Source of the DNA: a virus
DNA length: 32,882 nucleotides
Strand: one strand, 5' to 3'
Virus record (IMG/VR): IMGVR_UViG_3300033172_000008
Shown: in pieces, positions 15,149 to 23,089 of the stretch
Position numbering within the stretch: the stretch's first letter is position 1
How the letters are laid out: each line of letters begins with the position of its first letter
The notes under the pieces: model-generated
Seen by the model: only the letters and a program-made list of their open reading frames with translations
Databases searched by the model: none
Told to the model about the DNA's origin: nothing
Translations under genes and position numbers: made by a program

Positions 15149-16054
15149 ATGGCTAAGAAAATTGATTTAACTGGGCAGAAGTTTGGTAAACTGACCATAT
15201 TGGAAGAAGTGGGGCGAACAAAACAAGGCAAGGTCATTTGGAGATGTTTATGTGAGTGCGGAAATTTCGTAGATGTATCATCCATCAGTTTACGAAGTGG
15301 TAACACTCAATCTTGTGGTTGTTATAAACGAGAACAAACCTCCAAACGAAGTCGTATTGATTTAATAGGTCAGAAATTTGGCAGGTTAACCGTCCTTGAG
15401 GATGTAGGGAGGCAAAATAGAAAAGTGGTGTGGAGGTGTTTGTGTGACTGTGGTAACACGGTTAATGTTATAGGGCAGAGTTTACAGAACGGAAACACTA
15501 AATCTTGTAGTTGTATCCGAAATGAAAAAACATCCCAAAGGAGTTATATTAACTTAATTGGATGTGTTTTTGGGAAATTAACGGTTATTGAAGATGTAGG
15601 TCGAAGTAATTATGGTAAAGTTGTTTGGAAATGTCAATGTGAATGTGGTAATACTGTTGATGTAGTGGCGGGGAGTTTACAAAATGGTAGAACTCAATCC
15701 TGTGGTTGCTTACATAAAGAACTATTATCTGAAACTATGTTAGGTGAAAATAACCCCAGTTGGAGAGGTGGTATAACTCCATTAAATGAAGCCGTTAGAA
15801 ATTGTATTCACTATAAAGAGTGGCGAACTTCAATCTTTCAGAGAGATAATTTCACTTGCGTTCATTGTAATGATTCCACAGGTGGAAATTTAATAGCTCA
15901 CCACATCAAGTTCTTCTCGGATATTATGAAGGAGCATAACATCACTACCTTGGAGGAAGCAATTCAGTGCGAGGCTCTCTGGGATGTCTCGAATGGAATA
16001 ACCCTATGCAAGAAGTGCCACAAGAAAGAACACAAAAGAAAGGATTTATTATGA
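15149..16054 (+). CDS. HNH endonuclease with three tandem zinc-ribbon repeats (HNH-1)
   Basis: Three ~64-aa repeats (GQKFGxLTvLEdVGR...WrCxCxCGN...SCGC), then an HNH core (AHHIKFF...NGITLCKKCHKKEH). Paralogue of 31944-32642. Confidence 0.9.
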   Translation: MAKKIDLTGQKFGKLTILEEVGRTKQGKVIWRCLCECGNFVDVSSISLRSGNTQSCGCYKREQTSKRSRIDLIGQKFGRLTVLEDVGRQNRKVVWRCLCDCGNTVNVIGQSLQNGNTKSCSCIRNEKTSQRSYINLIGCVFGKLTVIEDVGRSNYGKVVWKCQCECGNTVDVVAGSLQNGRTQSCGCLHKELLSETMLGENNPSWRGGITPLNEAVRNCIHYKEWRTSIFQRDNFTCVHCNDSTGGNLIAHHIKFFSDIMKEHNITTLEEAIQCEALWDVSNGITLCKKCHKKEHKRKDLL

Positions 16055-17031
16055 GAAAGAATACCGTGTTAGTCATAGGCGACCTCATAGTGGACCTATA
16101 TCGGTTTGGAGAAGTAACTCGAATGTCTCCTGAGGCTCCTATTCCGGTTTTGCTGCACACGAAAGAAGAACGTAAATTGGGAGGGGCTGCAAATGTAGCT
16201 CTAAATTTAACCTCACTTGGCTGTAATGTAATCGTGGCGGGTACAGTAGGAGATGATGTCTATGGTGAATGGGTTGAGAAGGAAATGAAAAATTTTGGAA
16301 TATCCACCGTACTGTTTCGAGACGAAAACCCCACCATTGTCAAGAGACGTTTTGTTGCTGGGGGCCATCAGATATTGCGCGAAGATGTGGAAAAAGTGGA
16401 GGAATCTTCCAAATTGGAAAAGGTTAAATTGGCTGGCATTCGGAGGATTCTGACTGCACACCCACCTTTAAGTGCTGTTGTAATAAGTGATTATGCAAAA
16501 GGGATGTTGAATGGCAACCTGATAAGGGAAATTAAAGAAACTTGCTGGACGTTGAACATCCCAATTTTCGTTGACCCCAAACCAATTCACATGTCTGCCT
16601 ATTGGGGCGTAAATTTTATCAAATTAAATGTCGTGGATTTGATTTCAATTTTTCCGATGTGGAAAGGTGAGGTAGAACCCTACCTGCGAAAGCTTCAGTC
16701 CGAATACATTGACACCGCCAACGCTTATGACACCACATCTGCTTATCCGGGCATTTGGGCATACACTCAAATCATCTGCACTCAAGCTGAGAGGGGTTGT
16801 ATGTATCTGGGTAACAACGGAGTATATAGGGTACCAGCTAATGTCGTGGATGTGGTTGATGTTACCGGAGCCGGAGATGTTTTCCTTGCTGTTTTTGTGG
16901 CCCAAATGCTAAATTACACCTCTGTGGACCGAGCCTTGAGGTTGGCAAATGAAGCTGCCACTGAGAGTTGTAAATTTCGTGGTACTTGGGTCATCCCTAA
17001 GGATTCCAAATATTCAATCAAGAAAGGGTAA
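16051..17031 (+). CDS. hldA: D-glycero-beta-D-manno-heptose-7-phosphate kinase-like (RfaE domain I / HldA family, PfkB fold)
   Basis: Start set at the ATG at 16051 (ATGA overlap with the HNH stop). Motifs match the N-domain of E. coli HldE: VIGDLIVDLY..G...RMSPEAPIPV, GGAANVALNLTSLG, SDYAKG, DPKP, DVTGAGD. Confidence 0.8.
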   Translation: MRKNTVLVIGDLIVDLYRFGEVTRMSPEAPIPVLLHTKEERKLGGAANVALNLTSLGCNVIVAGTVGDDVYGEWVEKEMKNFGISTVLFRDENPTIVKRRFVAGGHQILREDVEKVEESSKLEKVKLAGIRRILTAHPPLSAVVISDYAKGMLNGNLIREIKETCWTLNIPIFVDPKPIHMSAYWGVNFIKLNVVDLISIFPMWKGEVEPYLRKLQSEYIDTANAYDTTSAYPGIWAYTQIICTQAERGCMYLGNNGVYRVPANVVDVVDVTGAGDVFLAVFVAQMLNYTSVDRALRLANEAATESCKFRGTWVIPKDSKYSIKKG

Positions 17032-17034
17032 ATT

Positions 17035-17712
17035 ATGAACATAGTATATGGGTTGCTCACAGGGTCGGGTCGCACTGAACAGGCCCGAGAAATCATTAAA
17101 GCTTGGCATGATGTAAGAATATCCGTGTGGTTGTACACTTGGGATGAACATGACCTTAAAACATTAGGGCCTTTGTGTGACCATGTTTTGTTTGGCCCTA
17201 TGGATTCCTTTGTTATTAATCACAACCGATTGGCCCGGGAATTAGACTGGGACATTTACATTTGTGGAGCAAATGATTTATATCCGGGAACTAATCCTTT
17301 CCTACGAGAGAACTTACTTGATTTGTATGAGAGCTACCCGGATAAGAGTTACTTCATCAATGACGGTTGGCAGAATAGGATTCCGTCTCACCCTATTGTA
17401 CCCCGCCAGTGGTGGTTGAACAGGGATAAGGTTATTCTGGATGAACAATATGAGCATAATTTTGTAGATGATGATTTTTTGGCTGAAGGTCGGGTTAAGG
17501 GAGACATCATTCGTTGCACGGACATCTGCCTCGACCATAGGCAATTTACCCGGATGGGACAACCTGCGGATTTCATTGCACAAAAAGGACAGGAAAGTTT
17601 TGAACGAGACAGAGCCCGGTTCGAAATGAAGTGGAATCCTAAACCTGATAACCCCTACCCTACTGTGTCTCTCGGTTCACTTCATAGTGATTACATCGTT
17701 AGGAAGGTGTAA
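17035..17712 (+). CDS. Hypothetical protein linked to the sugar-kinase gene (possible GT-like)
   Basis: 225 aa. Acidic clusters (GANDLYP, FVDDDF) weakly resemble GT-A motifs. No confident assignment. Confidence 0.55.
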   Translation: MNIVYGLLTGSGRTEQAREIIKAWHDVRISVWLYTWDEHDLKTLGPLCDHVLFGPMDSFVINHNRLARELDWDIYICGANDLYPGTNPFLRENLLDLYESYPDKSYFINDGWQNRIPSHPIVPRQWWLNRDKVILDEQYEHNFVDDDFLAEGRVKGDIIRCTDICLDHRQFTRMGQPADFIAQKGQESFERDRARFEMKWNPKPDNPYPTVSLGSLHSDYIVRKV

Positions 17713-17718
17713 GAACAT

Positions 17719-18192
17719 ATGGGAAGAATAACCAATACATCACCCCAGACTTTCGAGTTCTTCGCTTGTGGCCTGAAATATGTATTAAATCATAATGAAT
17801 CTCAGGAGATTGATAGTCTAACTAAGTTGGAGTGGAACTTCCTACAGTCACCCACCATTACCCGGACTGGCACCTTCAAATTCAAGGTCAAGAAGAACGG
17901 GAAGTACTTTGACAGTGGTTCTACCGTGGATGGTAATGTTGGGGCTGTGCCAGTGGCGGCACAAGTGATTAGGGAACATCCTCCCAAATCAGCAGTTAAA
18001 TATGGGAAGGTAAAGACTGAATTAGACTTATATGAAGACTTCCTTAGGTCTCAACCTGACCCCCCAGCATATATAGCCAAGACCTATCTGAAGAAGGAAT
18101 TGGTTGCCATATGCAAAAGCGTTCAACTCAAACCAGTAGGGTCTAAATTAGACCTTGCTAAATTACTTTGGGCCTTCATCATAGAGTGGTAG
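17719..18192 (+). CDS. Hypothetical protein with C-terminal SAP/HeH-like DNA-binding motif
   Basis: 157 aa. The C-terminus LKKELVAICKSVQLKPVGSKLDLAKLL fits the SAP helix-extended-helix pattern. Confidence 0.55.
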   Translation: MGRITNTSPQTFEFFACGLKYVLNHNESQEIDSLTKLEWNFLQSPTITRTGTFKFKVKKNGKYFDSGSTVDGNVGAVPVAAQVIREHPPKSAVKYGKVKTELDLYEDFLRSQPDPPAYIAKTYLKKELVAICKSVQLKPVGSKLDLAKLLWAFIIEW

Positions 18193-18221
18193 TTGACATG
18201 TGGTCTATGGTGTGTTATATT
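18193..18221 (+). promoter_or_regulatory. Near-consensus sigma70 promoter (TTGACA-N17-TATATT with TGn extension)
   Basis: TTGACA at 18193-18198, a 17-nt spacer ending in TGT, and TATATT at 18216-18221. It lies 40 nt upstream of the lipoprotein ATG. Confidence 0.7.
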
Positions 18222-18260
18222 AACCGTGTTGGAAGAAACACTAACTGAAAGGGGTATGAG

Positions 18261-18689
18261 ATGAAGAAGATTGCTGGAACAAACGTGGTATGGGGAAGCC
18301 TGATAGGATTGGTTGTCATATTCCTACTGGCTGTTGTGTGTGGTTGTGGAAACCCAACCGAACCTGCTGTCCCCTATGTTGTGGAAATTGAAATTTGGGG
18401 TAATGAACCGGACGACCTCTATCTGCTTGAGATGAACTTCTACGAAGAGTGGGGTTCAATAGGTTGGATTTGTGGATTCGATGACTACTACGCATCCCTT
18501 CCATATACCTACACTACAACAGTATATGATGCCCATCGTTGTGTTATCCGTATGGTAGGTAGTAGTACTCCATGGAATGAAATTCAATATACCGCCCTCA
18601 TCAATGGGGAGGAACCTGAGACTATGAATGTGGGAGAAGTTACATATCCATCAGGTACAAGGTATATTGTAGTTTCAATTAATTGGTAA
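18261..18689 (+). CDS. Putative lipoprotein / signal-anchored protein (moron)
   Basis: 142 aa. N-terminal signal peptide with a Cys-containing lipobox-like VVCGCG. It has its own promoter and terminator. Confidence 0.6.
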   Translation: MKKIAGTNVVWGSLIGLVVIFLLAVVCGCGNPTEPAVPYVVEIEIWGNEPDDLYLLEMNFYEEWGSIGWICGFDDYYASLPYTYTTTVYDAHRCVIRMVGSSTPWNEIQYTALINGEEPETMNVGEVTYPSGTRYIVVSINW

Positions 18690-18708
18690 ATTAGACCTCT
18701 GTGAAATG

Positions 18709-18738
18709 GAAAGACCACCCGTAATAAGGTGGTCTTTC
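18709..18738. terminator. Bidirectional rho-independent terminator at the convergence of the two gene blocks
   Basis: GAAAGACCACC-cgtaataa-GGTGGTCTTTC (11-bp stem), followed by CTCTTTATT on the plus strand. Confidence 0.8.
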
Positions 18739-18755
18739 TCTTTATTGGATTATGA

Positions 18756-19316
18756 TTAATGTGTTTTCCAGAAGTTCGGATATTTCTTATATGTAATATG
18801 TATAGTGTTAAATAATATGACACGATGGACAGGGGGAGTTGAAGTTACAATTTTTAAGAAATATGGATTTCCAACCACACCACTACCGGATACTGTTCCA
18901 TATGTGGGTGTTTCCATTGAGGTGGAAATTGCGGCAAAGTGAGAACCGGATGGCGTTGATATTATGTATTGCCAAAGTGAACCCATACTTGCCACACTGG
19001 TTCCACCATATAATGTCACTGTACCATCGGCATGATTTCCATTCCAATCAAAACCAATTCTAAGGGCGAATTCCTCAAGGTAATCTATTCCCGCATAATA
19101 GGTTGAAGGATTAACAGGTGGAATTTGACAATACAAATCAGAACCCCAAATATGCTGACCAAAAGCCAAAGAGGTACGCCACAAGGAATATGCGGCAACT
19201 CCATTTTCCACAAATTGATTCCAGAATGCAGTTCCTATGGTGTCCTTGTGTTCAAGTAATGCATCAGTAGGAACAAAGGCCCCAACAATTGAAGGGTCTA
19301 TGTCTATGAGTGCCAT
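18756..19316 (-). CDS. Hypothetical tail-module protein (last gene)
   Basis: 186 aa from the ATG at 19316, with GAGGA 5 nt upstream, 1 nt after the upstream stop. Confidence 0.6.
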   Translation of the reverse strand: MALIDIDPSIVGAFVPTDALLEHKDTIGTAFWNQFVENGVAAYSLWRTSLAFGQHIWGSDLYCQIPPVNPSTYYAGIDYLEEFALRIGFDWNGNHADGTVTLYGGTSVASMGSLWQYIISTPSGSHFAAISTSMETPTYGTVSGSGVVGNPYFLKIVTSTPPVHRVILFNTIHITYKKYPNFWKTH

Positions 19317-19317
19317 G

Positions 19318-19812
19318 TTATTCCTCACTTCCTACCGGGGTATATTCTCCGGTAAGTCGGTAATAGAAAGTGAAAGCAGGTACATCTCCACTGGTGCTGA
19401 ACACCATTAAAGTACACTCTCGATAAGGGTCAGGGTCTTGAATATTAATAGTGAGGTAAGCCCATGGGGTTTCTCTAAAGTTATTATAGGCATATTTACA
19501 TTGAAAATCATCTACTTCAATCATGTTGTCATCTTCATATTCTATGTCATCTTTAAATAAAGACCACCAACAAGAAGTAGATGCACTATTATGAACTAAA
19601 CAACATTCAAGTTCAACATCGGGTAAGTACACTGGATAATAATAGGTGCCTTCACTTTTAGCCTTAGGAATACACACCACTGGAATCCACATCCAGCCTA
19701 CGAAAATTTCGTTGGATGCAACTTGCTGGACCAACTCGGGGGTCATTTTGTTAGTGCCAGTATCCACACCTACGGTTGGATTGAACACTGCAAATCGCTT
19801 ATTAATATTCAT
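19318..19812 (-). CDS. Hypothetical tail-module protein
   Basis: 164 aa with RBS GAGGAG, contiguous with its neighbours. Confidence 0.6.
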   Translation of the reverse strand: MNINKRFAVFNPTVGVDTGTNKMTPELVQQVASNEIFVGWMWIPVVCIPKAKSEGTYYYPVYLPDVELECCLVHNSASTSCWWSLFKDDIEYEDDNMIEVDDFQCKYAYNNFRETPWAYLTINIQDPDPYRECTLMVFSTSGDVPAFTFYYRLTGEYTPVGSEE

Positions 19813-20232
19813 TTAGAACTCCTCTATTAGGTACAAAAATATTCTACAATCTGTTTCTGAACTTTGAGTAAAGGTACCAGCAATTATTTGGGTACCCACC
19901 GCAAACGAACCAATCGTATTTAATGATTCCACATCGGTTTGGGTCCCAAAACCCGTTGAAAAAGCCCAAGTTCCAGATATGGAGGAACCATTGGTGAGGT
20001 CTCCACATCTCCCTATCAGCCGGATTGCTGTAGAAGTGTTGTTAAACCGAAGGGTAAAAGTGTGAACACTACCAGACAGATATTCGGCATTTAAAGCAAT
20101 GGTTGGGGTGGTGAAGGTATACACTGAGTTCTGAACCAACAGTCTATGGTAGGGGACAGTATAGTACTGACCACTTTCCTTGACTATTCCATAAGGGGTG
20201 TAGCTCTTTTGATTAAGGGTAACATCTTTCAT
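19813..20232 (-). CDS. Hypothetical tail-module protein (beta-rich, fibre/RBP accessory candidate)
   Basis: 139 aa, Thr/Ser/Gly-rich, overlapping the stop of the upstream gene. Confidence 0.6.
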   Translation of the reverse strand: MKDVTLNQKSYTPYGIVKESGQYYTVPYHRLLVQNSVYTFTTPTIALNAEYLSGSVHTFTLRFNNTSTAIRLIGRCGDLTNGSSISGTWAFSTGFGTQTDVESLNTIGSFAVGTQIIAGTFTQSSETDCRIFLYLIEEF

Positions 20233-22370
20233 TACAACACTTCCACATCTCCACCAATGTAGTCTACTCCAACCCTGAAGAAATCTTCTTCAAGAGGTGG
20301 GAGACCCATCAGTTGTGCGCGAACCATTTTAGTTTGCGGGTCAAAGGTACGACTAATTGTCAAAAATGTATCTGTCAATATGGCAAATTCAGTAGGGATG
20401 TTGGTGATGGAAACTGTTTTACCTAATTGTAGTGTGTTCCAGTTGGTAGGCTTGGTAACGATGTTCAGGATGATGTTGGAGTCGTAGAACAACCCTATAA
20501 TGTAGGCGGCGGCTAATGCGTCCTCGGTACGTCCTATGATTTTGGATTTGAGATTCATGGTTTCACCATCAGTTTGAGCTTCGTTGATGACCACACTTAG
20601 GAAGGATTCAAATTTCTTGGTGTCATCGTTGTAGTTGTAGTCATAGGTGATTTCTCTTACCTTAGGAGAAGTGGTGTAGGTGAAGTCTTGATATAAATCT
20701 TCTTCATAATCCAGTGTGTTTTCAGGTTCCTGCAACAGGAAATCCAATGTGGGAACAAACACATTCATAACGTTAGTTGAACAGTGGGCGAATCCTGCAT
20801 ACGAATTGATTATATCTTGAAGTACATCCATCAATTTTTCATTACCTTGAATTTTTATTGTTGGAGAAGTAGTTAAATCTGAATAATAAAATGTATATGC
20901 TATGAACCAAGGAAATGGTATATATAGTTCATTATATAGGCGGTTAAAGTAGAGTGCGGATGAAGCATTAAGAGTATCAACAGCAAATTGCCAGAGGGGT
21001 ATTGAAACATTGGTTTGCATAGTTGATAAATTAGCATTGATGATTTGACCTACGGATAACCAGTCAGGGATGTTCATGGTGTAAGTGCCAAAGAAGGTTC
21101 CACTATCGGTTGTTCCACCTTCATTATTTATAATTTGGGCCATGTCCGAATTACCATAAGCACATATCCAGTTACCTTCCATGGCTTGTTCAACAATTAT
21201 GTTATTATGGAATAAAGTGACCGTACCCAACTCTCCTATATTTCCACTGGCTGATAAAACAGTTCCTAATCGGAATATTCTTAAAATTTGACCTGACACC
21301 GATTGTTGTTCAACCATAGAAAAGAAGGTAAGGTCAAGTAAGGGTTTATCAACCCAAAGATTACCTAAGGACTTTAGTTTAATTTCCACGGTCTTATTCA
21401 AAGAATCAAAAACCATATTGTCATAGTCTGCAAGACCATAGAACATGTATTCATTTCCACCGTTGATGTATTTGTCTCGGATTCTGAAAGCCCCAGCGGG
21501 GTTATAGGGAGTTCCAGATACAGCAAAACCTGTGAATGTCCCCCACTGGTTTGAATTATTCTTCAGTTTGACCGTGACCTCAGGGAAGAATCCACCAGTA
21601 TGACCCGGAAGTTTAAGTATTTGCTGTACCGGGGTGATGGACAAAACATTAGCGGATAGGTCCCTAAGTCCTTCACTACTACCATTATTATAGTATCCAT
21701 AGTAGTCCAAACATGGGTCATTAACGGGAACCAATTCCACAGCTTCACACAGGAAAGTACCAGAAGTAAGGTATAGTGGTGTTTCTCCCCCAGTCCACCA
21801 AGCACTACCACTAACTCGGGTATTCGGTATGTCTCCCACACCAGAAATAGAAAAAGAAGCCGTATTAAAATTATCATAAAAAACGGAGCCTAAGGTAGAA
21901 CCACCATAGGTTAAAATCATGGTATAGGTAATATCGGTTCCAGAAGTACCACCAAAATATGAAACTAAGGTTCCGGTTGAACCTGTTGTTAATCCTGCTA
22001 CATCTAATACTTCATCTCCATTAAATCGCAACATAAACTTTAAATTAGTACCATTATATATTTGAGTATATAAGTAATAAGGAATCCATGACCTATATAT
22101 GTCACCCGCACCATCATCCCATGTACCATAAAAGGGACTAACCATTAAACTATGAAGGGTACTACCATCTATGGTATTAATATTAAATTTCATGTTCATG
22201 GTACCATATATAATGTCATTAGTAAGAGGTTGGTTTGCAAAATTTCTATTCAAACTTGCACTTTTTAAACCTAAACCATCTTCACCTAATGTAAAATTAC
22301 TTTGGTTAGTTACAGTCCACCCCCAAGGCAGATAATCCTGAGTAGTCCAATCAACTGTATACTGTGCCAT
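20232..22370 (-). CDS. Large tail tip / host-recognition protein
   Basis: 712 aa, the largest ORF, two genes downstream of the tape measure. Asn/Thr/Gly/Tyr-rich beta-type composition. Confidence 0.65.
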   Translation of the reverse strand: MAQYTVDWTTQDYLPWGWTVTNQSNFTLGEDGLGLKSASLNRNFANQPLTNDIIYGTMNMKFNINTIDGSTLHSLMVSPFYGTWDDGAGDIYRSWIPYYLYTQIYNGTNLKFMLRFNGDEVLDVAGLTTGSTGTLVSYFGGTSGTDITYTMILTYGGSTLGSVFYDNFNTASFSISGVGDIPNTRVSGSAWWTGGETPLYLTSGTFLCEAVELVPVNDPCLDYYGYYNNGSSEGLRDLSANVLSITPVQQILKLPGHTGGFFPEVTVKLKNNSNQWGTFTGFAVSGTPYNPAGAFRIRDKYINGGNEYMFYGLADYDNMVFDSLNKTVEIKLKSLGNLWVDKPLLDLTFFSMVEQQSVSGQILRIFRLGTVLSASGNIGELGTVTLFHNNIIVEQAMEGNWICAYGNSDMAQIINNEGGTTDSGTFFGTYTMNIPDWLSVGQIINANLSTMQTNVSIPLWQFAVDTLNASSALYFNRLYNELYIPFPWFIAYTFYYSDLTTSPTIKIQGNEKLMDVLQDIINSYAGFAHCSTNVMNVFVPTLDFLLQEPENTLDYEEDLYQDFTYTTSPKVREITYDYNYNDDTKKFESFLSVVINEAQTDGETMNLKSKIIGRTEDALAAAYIIGLFYDSNIILNIVTKPTNWNTLQLGKTVSITNIPTEFAILTDTFLTISRTFDPQTKMVRAQLMGLPPLEEDFFRVGVDYIGGDVEVL

Positions 22371-22726
22371 TATGTTGCCTCTTCATCTTGAACTGCGAAT
22401 GAACATGACACTACTCGATAGGTGTCATATGCTATGTTGAAACTGCCGGGAACCATGATGACATTCAGGGTTCCGAGTAAACCGAGGGATTCAATAGTGA
22501 ATGCAGAGTAGGAACCCCATAGTGTGATGAAGCTTCCTAAGATTGCAGGTTGAATGTTTGTAAATGAAAAGTTATATTGTTTAACACTGAAACTGGCCGG
22601 GGAGTATATACCCCCACCCAAGTCCCGAACCGAGGAGGAAGCATCAATTTGTGTAATAGATAATGGACTATCTGGATAAGAGGAAGCAGGGATGGTGAAC
22701 GAACCTGTGGTGTATATGATTTTCAT
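22370..22726 (-). CDS. Small distal-tail protein, paralogue B
   Basis: 118 aa. Weak similarity to 22726-23079 (FSFTNIQPAILGSFITLW versus FQFNWTNVPEALIGSLVSML). Confidence 0.6.
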   Translation of the reverse strand: MKIIYTTGSFTIPASSYPDSPLSITQIDASSSVRDLGGGIYSPASFSVKQYNFSFTNIQPAILGSFITLWGSYSAFTIESLGLLGTLNVIMVPGSFNIAYDTYRVVSCSFAVQDEEAT

Positions 22727-23079
22727 TATGCCTGCCTAAATTTCGCTGAAGCATTACACAGACCATAAAGGGTTTTTGTGTAGCTGATGTTGTCTGCGGT
22801 GAGTCGGAAAGAATAGTTCCCTATGTAGGTATCCGTGAATCCTATTATGGCCCCGGAATTTAACATGGAAACCAGACTCCCTATAAGAGCTTCAGGCACA
22901 TTAGTCCAGTTAAATTGGAAAGTCCACTTAGACCAAATTACATAGGTCTCACCATGTCCGAGGTATGTCCTCAGCATTGTGGCATTCTGTTCGAGGTTGG
23001 CGGTGATGGGTAGGTCGGGGGCCATTGTTCCCTCAGCCACTAATGTCTTGGGGGTTGAATCAGTCCATGAAAATGTCAT
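22726..23079 (-). CDS. Small distal-tail protein, paralogue A
   Basis: 117 aa from the ATG at 23079, with GGAG 7 nt upstream, 10 nt after the tape-measure stop. The longer track ORF overlaps the TMP. Confidence 0.6.
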   Translation of the reverse strand: MTFSWTDSTPKTLVAEGTMAPDLPITANLEQNATMLRTYLGHGETYVIWSKWTFQFNWTNVPEALIGSLVSMLNSGAIIGFTDTYIGNYSFRLTADNISYTKTLYGLCNASAKFRQA

Positions 23080-23089
23080 ATCTAACTCC

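Noticed and set aside
15967-16050. N-terminal 28-aa extension of the kinase ORF
   Set aside because: It overlaps the HNH-1 C-terminus. The ATG at 16051 forms an ATGA stop/start overlap, and the homology to HldE begins right after it.
10516-18706. Repeated 10-mer/20-mer copies as a CRISPR array
   Set aside because: The copies are irregularly spaced (tens of bp to several kb apart), occur on both strands and inside genes, and there is no repeat-spacer periodicity.
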